Shown: one piece after another, positions 1 through 10,088 of the stretch
How the letters are laid out: each line of letters begins with the position of its first letter
Numbering within the stretch: the stretch's first letter is position 1
DNA from: Polyangiaceae bacterium
GTDB taxonomy: Bacteria; Myxococcota_A; Polyangia; Polyangiales; Polyangiaceae
Length of the DNA: 26,623 nucleotides
Assembly: GCA_044376115.1 (NCBI GenBank)
Contig: JBILLK010000051.1
Coordinates: 1-26,623, forward strand
Reading direction: 5' to 3'
The notes under the pieces: generated by a model
Database searches by the model: none
The model's input: the letters and a program-made list of their open reading frames with translations, nothing else
What the model was told of the DNA's origin: nothing
Made by a program: the position numbers and the translations under genes

Positions 1-50
1 GGCACCTCCATCGTTGGGAGTGCCACATTCTCGTACGTTTTGTCGTCCAT
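1..50 (-). CDS. istA: 5' fragment of a probable IS21 transposase (IstA), runs off the window
   Basis: AAGGAG RBS (58-63), then ATG at 50 reading MDDKTYENVALPTMEV. Its position right inside the IS21-like end is where istA normally starts; only 16 codons are visible. Confidence 0.55.
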   Translation of the reverse strand, partial: MDDKTYENVALPTMEV

Positions 51-127
51 CTCAGAGCTCCTTGGTTGAAGCCCGAGGGGGGTCAGTTTTAGGGGCGCGA
101 GGGGGTCAATTTTACGGGCGCCCTACA
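1..127 (-). mobile_element. IS21-family insertion sequence, left end (partial)
   Basis: Minus strand starts TGTAGGGCGCCCGTAAAATTGACCCCCTCGCGCCCCTAAAACTGACCCCCCTC. It has a terminal TG and two tandem ~23-bp subterminal repeats (75-98, 99-121) with the AAAA(T/C)TGACCC core typical of IS21 ends, then an RBS and ATG. Confidence 0.8.
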
Positions 128-433
128 TCAACAGGGTCCCAACGACTTTCCGCCTCTCCGTGACCCTGTTGAATGGCTCAAAAAGAGACAGTCGTGTCTC
201 CAGGACCCTCTCAACAGGGTCCCAACGACTTTCCGCCTCTCCGTGACCCTGTTGAATGGCTCAAAAAGAGACAGTCGTGTCTCCAGGACCCTCTCAACAG
301 GGTCCAAAAGACCTGGTGTGTCAAAAGAGACCCGTTCAACAGGGTCCAGAAGACTTTCAAAGTCTCCGGGACCCATTCAACAGGGTCCGGAAGATGTACG
401 ACCGGGACCTCAGGTGACACTTTTGACCGGGTC
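128..433. repeat. Array of 18-bp palindromic boxes at 41-42 bp period, including an exact 83-bp tandem duplication
   Basis: GACCCnnTCAACAGGGTC at 204, 287, 329 and 370; inverted copies (GACCCTGTTGAATGGCTC) at 162 and 245; a truncated copy at 128-138; a degenerate copy at 416-433. 128-210 equals 211-293 exactly. Confidence 0.9.
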
Positions 434-472
434 AGGCAGCTCGGGAGTCTCGTTCATCCGTCCCAGCGAGCC

Positions 473-3400
473 TCACGGAACCTTCACCTTCTTCTCCCCA
501 CTCCCCGAAAGGCTAATCGCCGAAAAGCTCTTGCCCGACCGCAGTTCGAGCGCGCGGGCGAGGTAAACGTCGGGTTTGCCGGCCTGTTCGTTGAGGGAGC
601 ACGAGACGAGCGGGGCGAGGGATAGCGGTTTATCGCCTTGCATGATGTAGCCCCAGCCCTGCTCGAGTTTGCCTCGTACGGTGCGTTCGCGGATGGGGAA
701 GTGTGAAGGGTTGCCCTGCAATGCTCGGACGCTGTAGCGCGCGGTGCCGGCTTCGGGATCGTGGCTGACGATGCCGGCGAAGGAGACGAGCGGGGCGTTG
801 CGGAGGGCGGCGAGCCCTTGCTCGAATCGCAGCCACAGGTCCCGTAGCTGCGCCTCGTCGGCGGCGACGGCCTCCTCTGCACCGGTGATGCCGTGGGCGA
901 AGTCATTGCGGTCGGGGATCACCAGCGTCTCGATCTCGCTGGCGATCTCCGAGCGTTCGCCGGACTTCGTAAGCAAGATGCGCACGCTACGGCTGAGGCC
1001 GTCGTTTGCGTCTTCCGGCAACAGCGCCGCAAGGCCGCATGCGAGCTGGAACCATGCGCCCATGCTGACCGGCCCGCTGTTCACCTTGCCAATCAAGCTC
1101 TGCGCGGCGGCAGGCAGCGCGCCGCCGTTGCGATCCTTGAGCACGGCGATCGCGATCGCGACCAGGAAGGTGAGCGACTTGTCGAAGGCGTCACGGAGCG
1201 ATTTGACCCGCAAGACGGCGTTCGCGTGGGAGGCCACGATCGCGTCGAATACGGCGATGGGGAAGGGCAGCTCGCCGCGGTCCTCCCTCGGCTCGGTGAC
1301 GTCCTCCTCGCCATCGACTTGCGCAGCGGCCTCCGAGCCGCCCTCCGACATGTTGACCTTCATCCGCTCGGCCTGCTCGATCACGAGCTGTGCGGCCTTC
1401 TCGCATTGGTCCGGCGGGTAGCCGCTCTTTTTGAGCAGCCGCCTCAGTTCGATGCGCAACTTTGACTGCACCGACTTCTTGCGATGCCAGTCGAGGGTGG
1501 CCTTGGTGCGGACGACCTCGCCGAGCATCTTGGCGATCTTGGCCAGCCCTTCGTCCTTCATTGCTTCGAGCGCGCTTGCGTTCTCGGCCAGTGCGTCGAA
1601 AAAGGCGCTTTCTTCGGGCGAGAGCTTGAGTGCCGTGCTGCGCGCATCGACCTCGCGTAGCTCCTTGGCCATCGCCAACAGCTCCTCGAGCACCTCGACG
1701 TTGGTGATGCTGCGGGTGCGATAGCGCCGCAACGCGTCCTCGAGCATTTCGGAGAAGCGCTTGCCTTGGACGACGTTGCGCTGTTGCCGCTTGCGGACCT
1801 CGTCGCGCAGCAGCCGTTCGAGCAGCGCTGCCGCGAGGCTCTTGTGCTTCATTCCGCGCACCTCGGCCAGGAACTCCGGCGAGAGGATCGAGATGTCCGG
1901 ACGCTCGAGCCCAGCGGCTGCAAATACGTCGACGATCTCCGAGCTAACCAGCGCGTTCGATACGATCTGTTTGACCGCGTGTTGCAACTCGCCGGTGCTG
2001 AGCCTGCGTGCGCCCTCGAGTTTGATCAACCCCGCGCGCACCGCTTGGTAGAAGGCGACCTCGTCGCGAACCTCATCGCATTGTTCATCCGGGACCGAGG
2101 CGGCGAAGGCGCTGGTCAGCTTGCTGACCGCCTGGGCGAAGAGCTCGTGCCCATCGGGGGGAGGCGCGTGCTTGGCGTGTTTGGCCTTTCCGCTTGTGGG
2201 CCGGCTGCTTTGGTCCTCGCTGCCTCGCTGCGCGAGGACGTGCTCGCGCGCCGCCGGCAACATCGCCAGTCGCTTAGCCGGCTTGCCGTTGAGAAAGCCC
2301 TGTACGTCGAAGCCGTGGAACACATCCCGACAGATCGCGAGCTGCTCGAGCATCACGCTGACGATGGCTTCCTTCTTACTCGTGGGATCTCCGCGGCCCT
2401 CGCTCTTGCGATAGGTGGCGAGCGCCTGCTTCAAGAAGGAAGCGATACCGATGTAGTCGACGACCAGGCCACCGGGCTTGTCACCGAATACCCGATTCAC
2501 CCGCGCGATCGCCTGCATCAGGTTGTGACCTTGCATCGGCTTGTCGACGTACAGCGTGTGCAGGCAAGGCGCGTCAAAGCCGGTTAGCCACATATCGCGC
2601 ACGATCACGATCTTGAGCGGATCTTCCGCGTCTTTGAAGCGGTCGGCCAAACGCTCGCGCTTCGCCTTTGTGCGCACGTGCGAGCGCACCGGCTCTTTGT
2701 CGCTGGCCGAGCCGGTGATGACCACCTTGATGGCCCCGGCCTCGTCCGAGGCGTCCTCCCAGTGCGGTCGCAGCGCGACGATGTGCCTGTAGAGCTCCGC
2801 TGCGATGCGCCGACTCATGCACACGACCAGCGCCTTGCCGGCGAGGCCTTCGCTGCGACGCTCGTAATGCTCGACCAGGTCTTTGGCCACGAGCTTGAGC
2901 CGCTTCTCGCTGCCGACCAAAACCTCGAGCGTGCTCCACTCGCTTTTGAGCGCCTCGCGCGCTGTTTCTTCCTCGCCTTCAGTCAGCTCCTCGAACTCGG
3001 GATCGATCTTGGGCCGCTCCTCCTCGGAGAGGTCGAGGCGCGCCAGTCGGTTCTCGTAATAGATGGGGACGGTGGCCTTGTCTTCGACGGCCTGCAGGAT
3101 GTCGTAGACGCTGATGTGGTTGCCGAAGACCTCGATCGTGCTCCTGTCGTCGAGCTCGACCGGTGTACCGGTGAAGCCGATGAAGGAGGCTTTGGGCAGG
3201 GCGTCGCGCAGATGTTTGGCGAGGCCATAGGACTTCTTGCCAGTCTTGCGGTTGAACTTGGCCTCGAAGCCGTATTGCGTGCGATGCGCTTCATCGGCGA
3301 TCACCACGATGTTGCGGCGGGTGGAGAGCGGCTCGCTTTCCTCCTCGTCCTCGGGAGCGAACTTCTGAATGGTGGTGAAGTAGACGCCGCCCGTGGCAGT

Positions 3401-4531
3401 GCGCAGTAGCTCCCGCAGGTGCGCGCGGCTCTCCGCCTGCACTGGGTCTTGCCGCAAGAGCGACTTCGACATGGCGAAGGTGCCGAACAGCTGCTCATCG
3501 AGATCGTTGCGATCGGTGAGGACGACCAGCGTGGGGTTGCTCATGCGCCGGTCGAGCACGAGCTTGCGCGCATAGAACACCATGGTCAGGCTCTTGCCCG
3601 AGCCTTGGGTGTGCCACACCACGCCGACCCGGCGATCCCCGCCTTTGCCGGCTGCGCGCGCTGTCTCCTCCACCGCGCGCCGGACCGCATGGAACTGGTG
3701 ATAGGCGGCGATCTTCTTGTGCACCACGGTGCCGTCGCTGCCGCCGACGTGCTCGAAGGTGACGAAGTTCTGAACGAAGTCGAGCAGGCGCTCTTTCTGG
3801 AACAGGCCGCGCACCAGCACCTCGAGCGGCTGGGCATGTTTCGGCGCGTCTTGCTCGCCCTCCACCGTGCGCCAGCGCGCGTAGCGTGAGGCATCCGCGG
3901 TGAGCGAGCCGACCCGCGCCTCGACGTCATCCGAGGCGATCAAGAGCACGTTGGCCAGCAGCAGCGAAGGCACATCCTCGCGGTAGTTGCGTAGCTGCTG
4001 GATGGCCTTCAGCACGTCCGCTTGGGCGTCGCTCGGATTTTTGAGCTCGAACAGCGCGAGCGGCAGGCCGTTCACATACACGACCACGTCAGCGATGCGC
4101 GGCCGCCCGGTCCCGCGCTGACGATCGATCACCGTCACCTGGCTGGTCACCATCCAGTCATTGGCGTCCGGGTTCTCGAAATCGATCAGCGTCACCCGCT
4201 CCCCGGTGTTGCGGCCCTGCTCGTCCATCACATCCAGCTCGATGCCGTCGGTGAGGGCCCGATGCAGCCCCTCGTTGTCGAGTGCGAGCGTGGCCTTGTC
4301 GCGGCGCTCGACGATCTTCAGCGCCTGCTCGACTGCGTCCTCCGAAAGGTCAGGGTTCAAGCGCCGAATGGCAGCGGAGAGTCGGCCGACCAGGATCGCG
4401 TCGGTAAGATGCGAGCGCTCCTCGTGGACCGAGTCCGGATCGAGATGGTCCGGCGGCAAGACCTCGTAGCCCAGCTCCGCAAACCATTCGAGCGTCGCGA
4501 CTTCGAGGTCCGACTCGCTGACGGCGGGCAT
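473..4531 (-). CDS. hsdR: Type I restriction enzyme R subunit with an extra C-terminal HEPN-like domain
   Basis: Nuclease motif [17 protein letters not shown] and QLRNY; Walker [36 protein letters not shown]3387-like tail ending around GYPPD..EQAE, then ~290 extra residues containing RNDFAH. Confidence 0.95.
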   Translation of the reverse strand: MPAVSESDLEVATLEWFAELGYEVLPPDHLDPDSVHEERSHLTDAILVGRLSAAIRRLNPDLSEDAVEQALKIVERRDKATLALDNEGLHRALTDGIELDVMDEQGRNTGERVTLIDFENPDANDWMVTSQVTVIDRQRGTGRPRIADVVVYVNGLPLALFELKNPSDAQADVLKAIQQLRNYREDVPSLLLANVLLIASDDVEARVGSLTADASRYARWRTVEGEQDAPKHAQPLEVLVRGLFQKERLLDFVQNFVTFEHVGGSDGTVVHKKIAAYHQFHAVRRAVEETARAAGKGGDRRVGVVWHTQGSGKSLTMVFYARKLVLDRRMSNPTLVVLTDRNDLDEQLFGTFAMSKSLLRQDPVQAESRAHLRELLRTATGGVYFTTIQKFAPEDEEESEPLSTRRNIVVIADEAHRTQYGFEAKFNRKTGKKSYGLAKHLRDALPKASFIGFTGTPVELDDRSTIEVFGNHISVYDILQAVEDKATVPIYYENRLARLDLSEEERPKIDPEFEELTEGEEETAREALKSEWSTLEVLVGSEKRLKLVAKDLVEHYERRSEGLAGKALVVCMSRRIAAELYRHIVALRPHWEDASDEAGAIKVVITGSASDKEPVRSHVRTKAKRERLADRFKDAEDPLKIVIVRDMWLTGFDAPCLHTLYVDKPMQGHNLMQAIARVNRVFGDKPGGLVVDYIGIASFLKQALATYRKSEGRGDPTSKKEAIVSVMLEQLAICRDVFHGFDVQGFLNGKPAKRLAMLPAAREHVLAQRGSEDQSSRPTSGKAKHAKHAPPPDGHELFAQAVSKLTSAFAASVPDEQCDEVRDEVAFYQAVRAGLIKLEGARRLSTGELQHAVKQIVSNALVSSEIVDVFAAAGLERPDISILSPEFLAEVRGMKHKSLAAALLERLLRDEVRKRQQRNVVQGKRFSEMLEDALRRYRTRSITNVEVLEELLAMAKELREVDARSTALKLSPEESAFFDALAENASALEAMKDEGLAKIAKMLGEVVRTKATLDWHRKKSVQSKLRIELRRLLKKSGYPPDQCEKAAQLVIEQAERMKVNMSEGGSEAAAQVDGEEDVTEPREDRGELPFPIAVFDAIVASHANAVLRVKSLRDAFDKSLTFLVAIAIAVLKDRNGGALPAAAQSLIGKVNSGPVSMGAWFQLACGLAALLPEDANDGLSRSVRILLTKSGERSEIASEIETLVIPDRNDFAHGITGAEEAVAADEAQLRDLWLRFEQGLAALRNAPLVSFAGIVSHDPEAGTARYSVRALQGNPSHFPIRERTVRGKLEQGWGYIMQGDKPLSLAPLVSCSLNEQAGKPDVYLARALELRSGKSFSAISLSGSGEKKVKVP

Positions 4532-4533
4532 GG

Positions 4534-5910
4534 TTAGAGCACCTCCGACGCAAGCCGTTCGGCCTCGGGCACGCGCAGTTCGCCGGAGAGCAGCTTGGGG
4601 AGGAGGGCGTCACGGAGAGCCGTCAGCGAAATCATGGCTGACTCATCCTCGAAGCGACGCGAGAGCGCTGAGACCAGTGAGAGAAGTGGCTTGAGGTCTG
4701 GGCGAGGGGGGAGCGCTACGGGGAAGGCGAGAAAGTCCTCTCGGCTTATCGACAGGTTTGTTGTTCCCATCGCGTGTGCACGACTGTGCGTACGGAACTC
4801 GGGGCTTCGCAGGGACCAGTAAACAAACTCGGATAGCCCATCGACTTCCGGAACGATCAACTTGACGGTGTCCTGGGTGAGACGTCCCAGCGGAACTGTC
4901 GGCGGTACGCGCGCGACGCTACCGAGCAAATCGCCGGATTGCGTTACATCTTTGAGTGAGGCAAAGAGCTCGCCTGGCCGAAGTATGAGCTTCTCGGGGG
5001 ACTCGCCTCCATAGGTGCGCAACGAATCACGTCGAAAACCTCCGTCACGTCGGATGGACGCGAGCCCAAGAAGAACAGGTCCAGGCTCACCAATATGCGC
5101 GCTCTTGTAGGTTGTACCGCGTTGGAGCTCTAGGAGGCTCCCAACTCTCGTATTGCTCCATCCTGCGGGTATGGGTCCGAGTTGGGAGTCTTCGAACTTG
5201 CCAGGAAACAGCTTTGCCGTCTCTGCATCCATCCCCTCTGGCTGCCGGCCCTCCATCTTCGCCCGCACCGGATCGAAGTCGACGAACCACGATTGAAACA
5301 GCGCGCGCGCCATCGCCTCGAGCGTCTCGTTCGTCCGACGGTTCAGCTCAATCTTGTCGTCGAGCGCACCGAGGATGCGGGCGATGGCGCGTTGCTCGGG
5401 GAGCGGCGGGCAAGGAACCTTGAACGCTTCTATATGGCCTTTTGTAATCGCGCGCCGCGAGCCCCCCGCATTGAAAGACTCGATATATGGCTTCACGTTC
5501 GGGTGTGTGAGAAAGGAAAGTAGATATCCCGGGTGAGCGACATCTGATGCAGCGCGAATGATCGACACGTGTTGATTGACGCAAGCAGGTAGAACCGACT
5601 CCGGAACCACGCACGCGCGACCAAAAGTGACGCCGTCACCAGTGATATTTAGAAGAATATCCCCCGGGCTGAGCCAAACCCCGCGAAGGCGGTGCGCCTG
5701 TTCATCTGAAATGAACGCTAAGCCTTCCTCATCGAAGCGCCGGTCAAAGACGTTCTGGCTCCGAATTAGAGCGAAACCCGTCCTGTTCTGTTGGTACGCA
5801 TCGGATCCACCTGTAGGCGTCGCACCCGAGCCGATCTTCGTTGTGATCGCCTGTAACGGAACGTGATCCCAGAGCGAAGCATATGCTGTAGGCGCGGTTT
5901 TACCTTTCAT
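4534..5910 (-). CDS. hsdS: Type I RM specificity subunit
   Basis: Two target-recognition domains separated by the conserved [45 protein letters not shown] helix; C-terminal [14 protein letters not shown]. Confidence 0.95.
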   Translation of the reverse strand: MKGKTAPTAYASLWDHVPLQAITTKIGSGATPTGGSDAYQQNRTGFALIRSQNVFDRRFDEEGLAFISDEQAHRLRGVWLSPGDILLNITGDGVTFGRACVVPESVLPACVNQHVSIIRAASDVAHPGYLLSFLTHPNVKPYIESFNAGGSRRAITKGHIEAFKVPCPPLPEQRAIARILGALDDKIELNRRTNETLEAMARALFQSWFVDFDPVRAKMEGRQPEGMDAETAKLFPGKFEDSQLGPIPAGWSNTRVGSLLELQRGTTYKSAHIGEPGPVLLGLASIRRDGGFRRDSLRTYGGESPEKLILRPGELFASLKDVTQSGDLLGSVARVPPTVPLGRLTQDTVKLIVPEVDGLSEFVYWSLRSPEFRTHSRAHAMGTTNLSISREDFLAFPVALPPRPDLKPLLSLVSALSRRFEDESAMISLTALRDALLPKLLSGELRVPEAERLASEVL

Positions 5911-7031
5911 TGCCCACCTCCCAACTCCGCCTCAATCTGTTCCACCGTCGGCAAGCTCCCCTCCAGCTCTTTCGGCAGCGACGCGAGGATCTGCGTCTCC
6001 CACTGCGCAACGCCGATCGGCTTTGTCATGTCGCGGAGGGCGTACTCCACGACCACGCGGTTCTTCGACTTGCACAACAGGAGCCCAATGCTCGGCTTGT
6101 CGTCGGGGTGGCGCAAAAGGTCATCCACCGCGGACAAGTAGAAGTTCAGCTTGCCGGCAAACTCGGGCTCGAACGGCACGACCTTGAGCTCGATAACCAC
6201 ATAAGCGCGAAGCTTCAGGTGATAAAACAATAGGTCTAGTATGTAATCCTCCTCACCCACCTCGAGTCGGACCTGGCGGCCAACGAAGGCAAAGCCGACG
6301 CCGAGCTCGAGCAGGAACTTCTGGATGTGATCGACGAGGCCTTGTTCGAGCTCGGCCTCACGGCGAGGGTCGGCCGTGCCGAGGAAGTCGAACAGGTACG
6401 GATCCTTGAAGATCTGCGCTGCGAGGTCGGACTCGCCGTGCGGCAGCGCCTTGTCGAAGTTGGTGATGGCCTTGCCCGCGCGCGTGTGGGTCTGCGCGGC
6501 CATCTGGTGTTCGAGCGTGGCGCGGCTCCAGCCGCCGGTGATCGCGTGCTCAACGTAGTGGAGGCGCGCCGCCGGATCTTTGATGGCCTGGATGAGGCGG
6601 ACGAGGTGTCCCCATGGCAATTGTGAAACAAGCTGTTTCACTTTCTCGGCGTGGGGAGCGTGGCCCGGAAACGCCTCCGCAAACGCTCGCATGAAGAGCA
6701 AATTGCGCGGGGAGAAGCCCTTCATGTCGGGGAAGGTCTGGTTCAAGTCGGAGGACAGGCGGTCAATGATGCGCGCGCCCCAGCCCGCTTGCTCCTGCCG
6801 CTCGAGGATCAGCTGCCCAAGGTCCCAATAGAGGAGCACGAGCGCGCTGTTTGCCGTCTGAACAGTGCGAAGTCGCGCCTCTTGGATGCGCTGCTTCATC
6901 TCCCGGACGGTGTTCGCATAGTCCGCCGGCAAGCCTGCCTTGGCGGGTGCAACGGGGAACGTCGTGTCCGCGCCTCGCGTGCGACCGCGAGACAACCGCT
7001 TCGGCTCGGCGGCCTTCGGTTTAGAAGCCAT
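5907..7031 (-). CDS. yhcG: YhcG / DUF1016 PDDEXK nuclease-domain protein
   Basis: [62 protein letters not shown]. This family is commonly embedded in type I RM operons. Confidence 0.92.
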   Translation of the reverse strand: MASKPKAAEPKRLSRGRTRGADTTFPVAPAKAGLPADYANTVREMKQRIQEARLRTVQTANSALVLLYWDLGQLILERQEQAGWGARIIDRLSSDLNQTFPDMKGFSPRNLLFMRAFAEAFPGHAPHAEKVKQLVSQLPWGHLVRLIQAIKDPAARLHYVEHAITGGWSRATLEHQMAAQTHTRAGKAITNFDKALPHGESDLAAQIFKDPYLFDFLGTADPRREAELEQGLVDHIQKFLLELGVGFAFVGRQVRLEVGEEDYILDLLFYHLKLRAYVVIELKVVPFEPEFAGKLNFYLSAVDDLLRHPDDKPSIGLLLCKSKNRVVVEYALRDMTKPIGVAQWETQILASLPKELEGSLPTVEQIEAELGGGQ

Positions 7032-8673
7032 AACCCAGGCTCGCGAGGTTCTTCTTGATCTCCTTCTCGAGCTTCTGCCCTTCGGCGAACTGCTGGGCGA
7101 GCGTCGCCGTGAGGCGCTTCATCTTGGCGTCGAAGGGCTCACCGTCTTCCTCCACCTCTTCGGCGCCCACGTAGCGGCCGGGCGTCAACACGTAGCCGTG
7201 GCTGGCGATTTCCTCGAGCTTGGCGGCCTTGCAGAAGCCGGCCTCATCGGCGTATTTGCCAGCGCCTTTCTCCCCGCGCCAGGCGTGGTAGGTGCGGGCG
7301 ATGCGCGCGATGTCCTCATCGGATAGCTCGCGGTGCACGCGGTCCACCAAGGTGCCGAGCTTGCGCGCGTCAATGAACAGCACCTCGCCCTTACGCTTGC
7401 GATACGGCGTTGCAGCCTTGTTTTTGGCGAAGACCCAGACGCACACCGGGATCTGCGTCGCGTAAAAGAGCTGGCCCGGCATCGCCACCAAACAATCGAC
7501 GACGTCCTTGTCCACCATGGCTTGGCGGATCGTGCCTTCACCGGACTGTTGCGAGGACATCGAGCCGTTGGCCATCACCACGGCGCCAACGCCCTTGTCC
7601 GGGTGCAGGTGATGCAGAATGTGCTGCATCCAAGCGAAGTTCGCGTTGCCCGCAGGCGGCACCCCAAACTGCCAGCGCACGTCCTCCTTCAGCTTGTCCC
7701 CACCCCAATCGCTAATGTTGAACGGCGGATTCGCTAATACGTATTCGGCCTTCAGGCCCTTATGCAGATCATTGCGGAAGCTGTCGGCGAAGGTTGCCCC
7801 GAGGTTGGACTCGATGCCGCGGATAGCCAGGTTCATCTTCGCCAGACGCCAGGTGGTGGCGTTGAACTCCTGGCCAAAGACCGAAATATCCGTGGCGCTA
7901 CCGCCGTGCGCCTCCAGGAACTTCTCACTCTGGACGAACATGCCGCCCGAGCCGCAACACGGATCGAAGACGCGGCCCTTCATCGGCTCGATCATCTCGA
8001 CCATCACCCGCACGACCGATTGCGGCGTGTAGAAGTCACCGCCCAAGCGGCCCTCGGCCGAGGCGAACTTGGAGAGGAAGTACTCGTACACCCGGCCGAG
8101 CACGTCCTTGGTCGGGTTCTCCTTGTCGTGCAGCGCAACGCCGCTGAGCAGGTCGATCAGCTCGCCCAGCCGATGTTTGTCGAGCGCGGGCCGCGCGTAC
8201 TCTCGCGGCAAGGTTTGTCGAAGCGCGTCGTTCTCCCGCTCGATCGCCTCCATCGCCTCGTCGATCTTCTTGCCGATCGACGGCTGCTTGGCCTCCTGCT
8301 GCAAGCTCGACCAGCGCGCCTTCTCCGGCACCCAAAAGACGTTCTCGGCGCTGTACTGCTCCTTGTCATCCACCTCACTCGGGTCCTCCGCGGCGATCAA
8401 TTCGCGCCGCAGCTCGAACGCGTCGGAGATGTACTTGAGGAAGATCAGCCCAAGCACCACGTGCTTGTATTCTGCCGGATCCAAGCTACCGCGCAGCTTG
8501 TCCGCCGCGAGCCAGAGCTTCTCCTCAAAGCCGATCACCGCCCCGGAGGTCTTGTTGGCTTTGCCCCGGCCGCCCTTGCTCGAAGGCGGCGGCGTGCTCT
8601 CGACGGTCGTGCCCTGAGCCTTCGCGCGTGGAGCCTTCGCTTTGGTGGGGCCATGCCCCTTCTTTGCTTTCAT
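7021..8673 (-). CDS. hsdM: Type I RM N6-adenine methyltransferase M subunit (start re-called to ATG 8673 or GTG 8676; the ORF-track start at 9030 overlaps the sigma gene)
   Basis: [35 protein letters not shown]-binding FDPCCGSGG, catalytic [12 protein letters not shown]. Confidence 0.95.
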   Translation of the reverse strand: MKAKKGHGPTKAKAPRAKAQGTTVESTPPPSSKGGRGKANKTSGAVIGFEEKLWLAADKLRGSLDPAEYKHVVLGLIFLKYISDAFELRRELIAAEDPSEVDDKEQYSAENVFWVPEKARWSSLQQEAKQPSIGKKIDEAMEAIERENDALRQTLPREYARPALDKHRLGELIDLLSGVALHDKENPTKDVLGRVYEYFLSKFASAEGRLGGDFYTPQSVVRVMVEMIEPMKGRVFDPCCGSGGMFVQSEKFLEAHGGSATDISVFGQEFNATTWRLAKMNLAIRGIESNLGATFADSFRNDLHKGLKAEYVLANPPFNISDWGGDKLKEDVRWQFGVPPAGNANFAWMQHILHHLHPDKGVGAVVMANGSMSSQQSGEGTIRQAMVDKDVVDCLVAMPGQLFYATQIPVCVWVFAKNKAATPYRKRKGEVLFIDARKLGTLVDRVHRELSDEDIARIARTYHAWRGEKGAGKYADEAGFCKAAKLEEIASHGYVLTPGRYVGAEEVEEDGEPFDAKMKRLTATLAQQFAEGQKLEKEIKKNLASLGYGF

Positions 8674-8683
8674 CACCACGTCG

Positions 8684-8710
8684 CACGCCCCAGGTTGCCG
8701 AGTTCTGACA
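8684..8710 (-). promoter_or_regulatory. ECF-type promoter motif, copy 1 (upstream of the hsdM operon)
   Basis: Minus strand TGTCAGA-actcggcaacctggg-GCGTG, 7 nt before GTG 8676 and 10 nt before ATG 8673. Confidence 0.65.
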
Positions 8711-8796
8711 CGGCGAGGAACGTACCGCGGCGCGCTGGCTGGTTCCAAGCATTCCTGGCTTTTCACCAGCCAGCCTGCCCTGGTAGCGTTCATCCC

Positions 8797-9339
8797 GTGG
8801 CGACGGGGGCCGAGGCACTTGAGTGGAATGAGGTCGTGGACAGGCTGCGCGCCTTGCCCGAGGCAGAGCGTTTTGGCCACGCCGATGCTGGCCGACTCTA
8901 CATGCTGGCGCAGCGGCTTGCCCCGGGGCTCTTGCGTGGGTTCACGCTTCGGACCGAGACGCCCGAGGACCTCGCGAGCGGGCTGCTTGCCGAGAAGTTC
9001 GCGCAGCTCGTCGAGGATAGCGGGGACCATGCATGGCCCTATTTTGTGGCCGCCCTTAGGAACCGAGCCATCTCGTGGATCCGTCGTCCGCTATCCAAAG
9101 TCAGTTCCAAGGAGATTGAGGGTGTGCGCTCGACGGAGGACGAAACGCGATATCACGCTCGTCAGCACCTAACGATCGTATGGAGGAAGCTCAGTCAGAA
9201 AGAGCAGGAGATCTTCGCAGCGGACGACGCAGGCGAAAGCCGGGAGGCAATCGCCGCGCGATTCAAGACGAGCCGCGCCAACATCGACCAGATCATTTCG
9301 CGAGCGCGCGAGCGGTTGAGAGCGCAGGGGTTAGGATGA
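8797..9339 (+). CDS. ECF-type sigma-70 factor (~180 aa; C-terminal part of ORF 7762..9339)
   Basis: Region 2-like [24 protein letters not shown]; region 4 [44 protein letters not shown] start inferred 7 nt after an extended -10 (TGGTAGCGT, 8781-8789). Confidence 0.82.
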   Translation: MATGAEALEWNEVVDRLRALPEAERFGHADAGRLYMLAQRLAPGLLRGFTLRTETPEDLASGLLAEKFAQLVEDSGDHAWPYFVAALRNRAISWIRRPLSKVSSKEIEGVRSTEDETRYHARQHLTIVWRKLSQKEQEIFAADDAGESREAIAARFKTSRANIDQIISRARERLRAQGLG

Positions 9340-10088
9340 GCCTGCTACTTCCATCGAGGCGGATCGATCTCCCCGGCGGCTATCGCTGGGAGCCCAACTT
9401 GGTCGATTTGGAGGCATGGCAGGCGCACCTGCTCAAGCACCCCCTCGGCCTCTGGGCAACGCGCGAGTTGGGCCGGTCGTGGGATCATGAGAGCTGGACC
9501 AAGACCACGCCTCCAGTGCTGGACGAGCAGAAGCGTTCACAGCTGTTCGCGGCGATCGCTCAGGCTAGCTCGGCCGCGAATGCCTGCGCGGTGCCGGAGG
9601 TATTCGGTGTGCAATCGTCACAAGAAACGGAACCGCAGTGCTACCGCTGCAAGGCGCCGTTGCTCACACAGTGCTTTGGCCTCATGAACTCTATCGGCAT
9701 CTCGCCCCGCTACGCTGAACTCACGGAACAGGTCGTCGCAAGCTTGAGTGAGGGCGAGGCGGTTGAACGGCGGGCGCTAGCTGCAACGCTGCAAAGAACA
9801 GCACGCCGCATGGAGGATTGGTCCAACCTGGTCGTTATGGCCGTTGGCAACCTTGGCCGTGAGGCTGGACACGGGCTCCGCCTGACACGGGGCGACGGGA
9901 TCCGGGTCGAGCTCAGGCTCGGCCTCAACCACCGACTGCAATGGCGGACGACCTACCGTATCCCCGAGATTGCTGCGCATTCGGGGGCCTGGGGGTACCT
10001 ACTGAAGCTGCCCGACCCAGCGCCCAAACTTTCTTTGTCAGATGTCTACGTCGTCCCGCGTGCCTGGTGGCAAGAACATGGAAGCTGA
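9336..10088 (+). CDS. Hypothetical protein (250 aa) with a Cys cluster, coupled to the sigma gene
   Basis: ATGA overlap with the sigma stop; contains C..CYRC..C; no family recognised. Confidence 0.75.
   Translation: MSLLLPSRRIDLPGGYRWEPNLVDLEAWQAHLLKHPLGLWATRELGRSWDHESWTKTTPPVLDEQKRSQLFAAIAQASSAANACAVPEVFGVQSSQETEPQCYRCKAPLLTQCFGLMNSIGISPRYAELTEQVVASLSEGEAVERRALAATLQRTARRMEDWSNLVVMAVGNLGREAGHGLRLTRGDGIRVELRLGLNHRLQWRTTYRIPEIAAHSGAWGYLLKLPDPAPKLSLSDVYVVPRAWWQEHGS
10036..10062 (+). promoter_or_regulatory. ECF-type promoter motif, copy 2 (internal, upstream of the putative anti-sigma)
   Basis: TGTCAGA-tgtctacgtcgtccc-GCGTG, 15 nt before ATG 10078. Confidence 0.55.

Noticed and set aside
128..433. 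CRISPR array
   Set aside because: Boxes are only 18 bp and flip orientation, the linkers are duplicated and share a consensus, and no cas genes are in the window.
128..625. ORFs 128..376(-), 173..625(+), 211..420(-), 243..566(+)
   Set aside because: They are translations of the repeat array in several frames, some overlapping hsdR antisense, with no RBS or domain.
8717..8748. GGAAC/GTTCC inverted pair as the ECF promoter of hsdM
   Set aside because: It occurs once and the spacing to CGT (19 nt) is atypical. It reads better as a possible basal sigma70 promoter (TTGGAA-N18-TACGTT, minus strand). The four-copy TGTCAGA motif is much better supported.
7762..8796. N-terminal 345 aa of ORF 7762..9339
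   Set aside because: Antisense shadow of hsdM; only the last ~180 aa look like a sigma factor.
8677..9030. 119-aa N-terminal extension of HsdM in the ORF track
   Set aside because: It overlaps the divergent sigma gene and both promoter elements; the real start is near 8673-8676.
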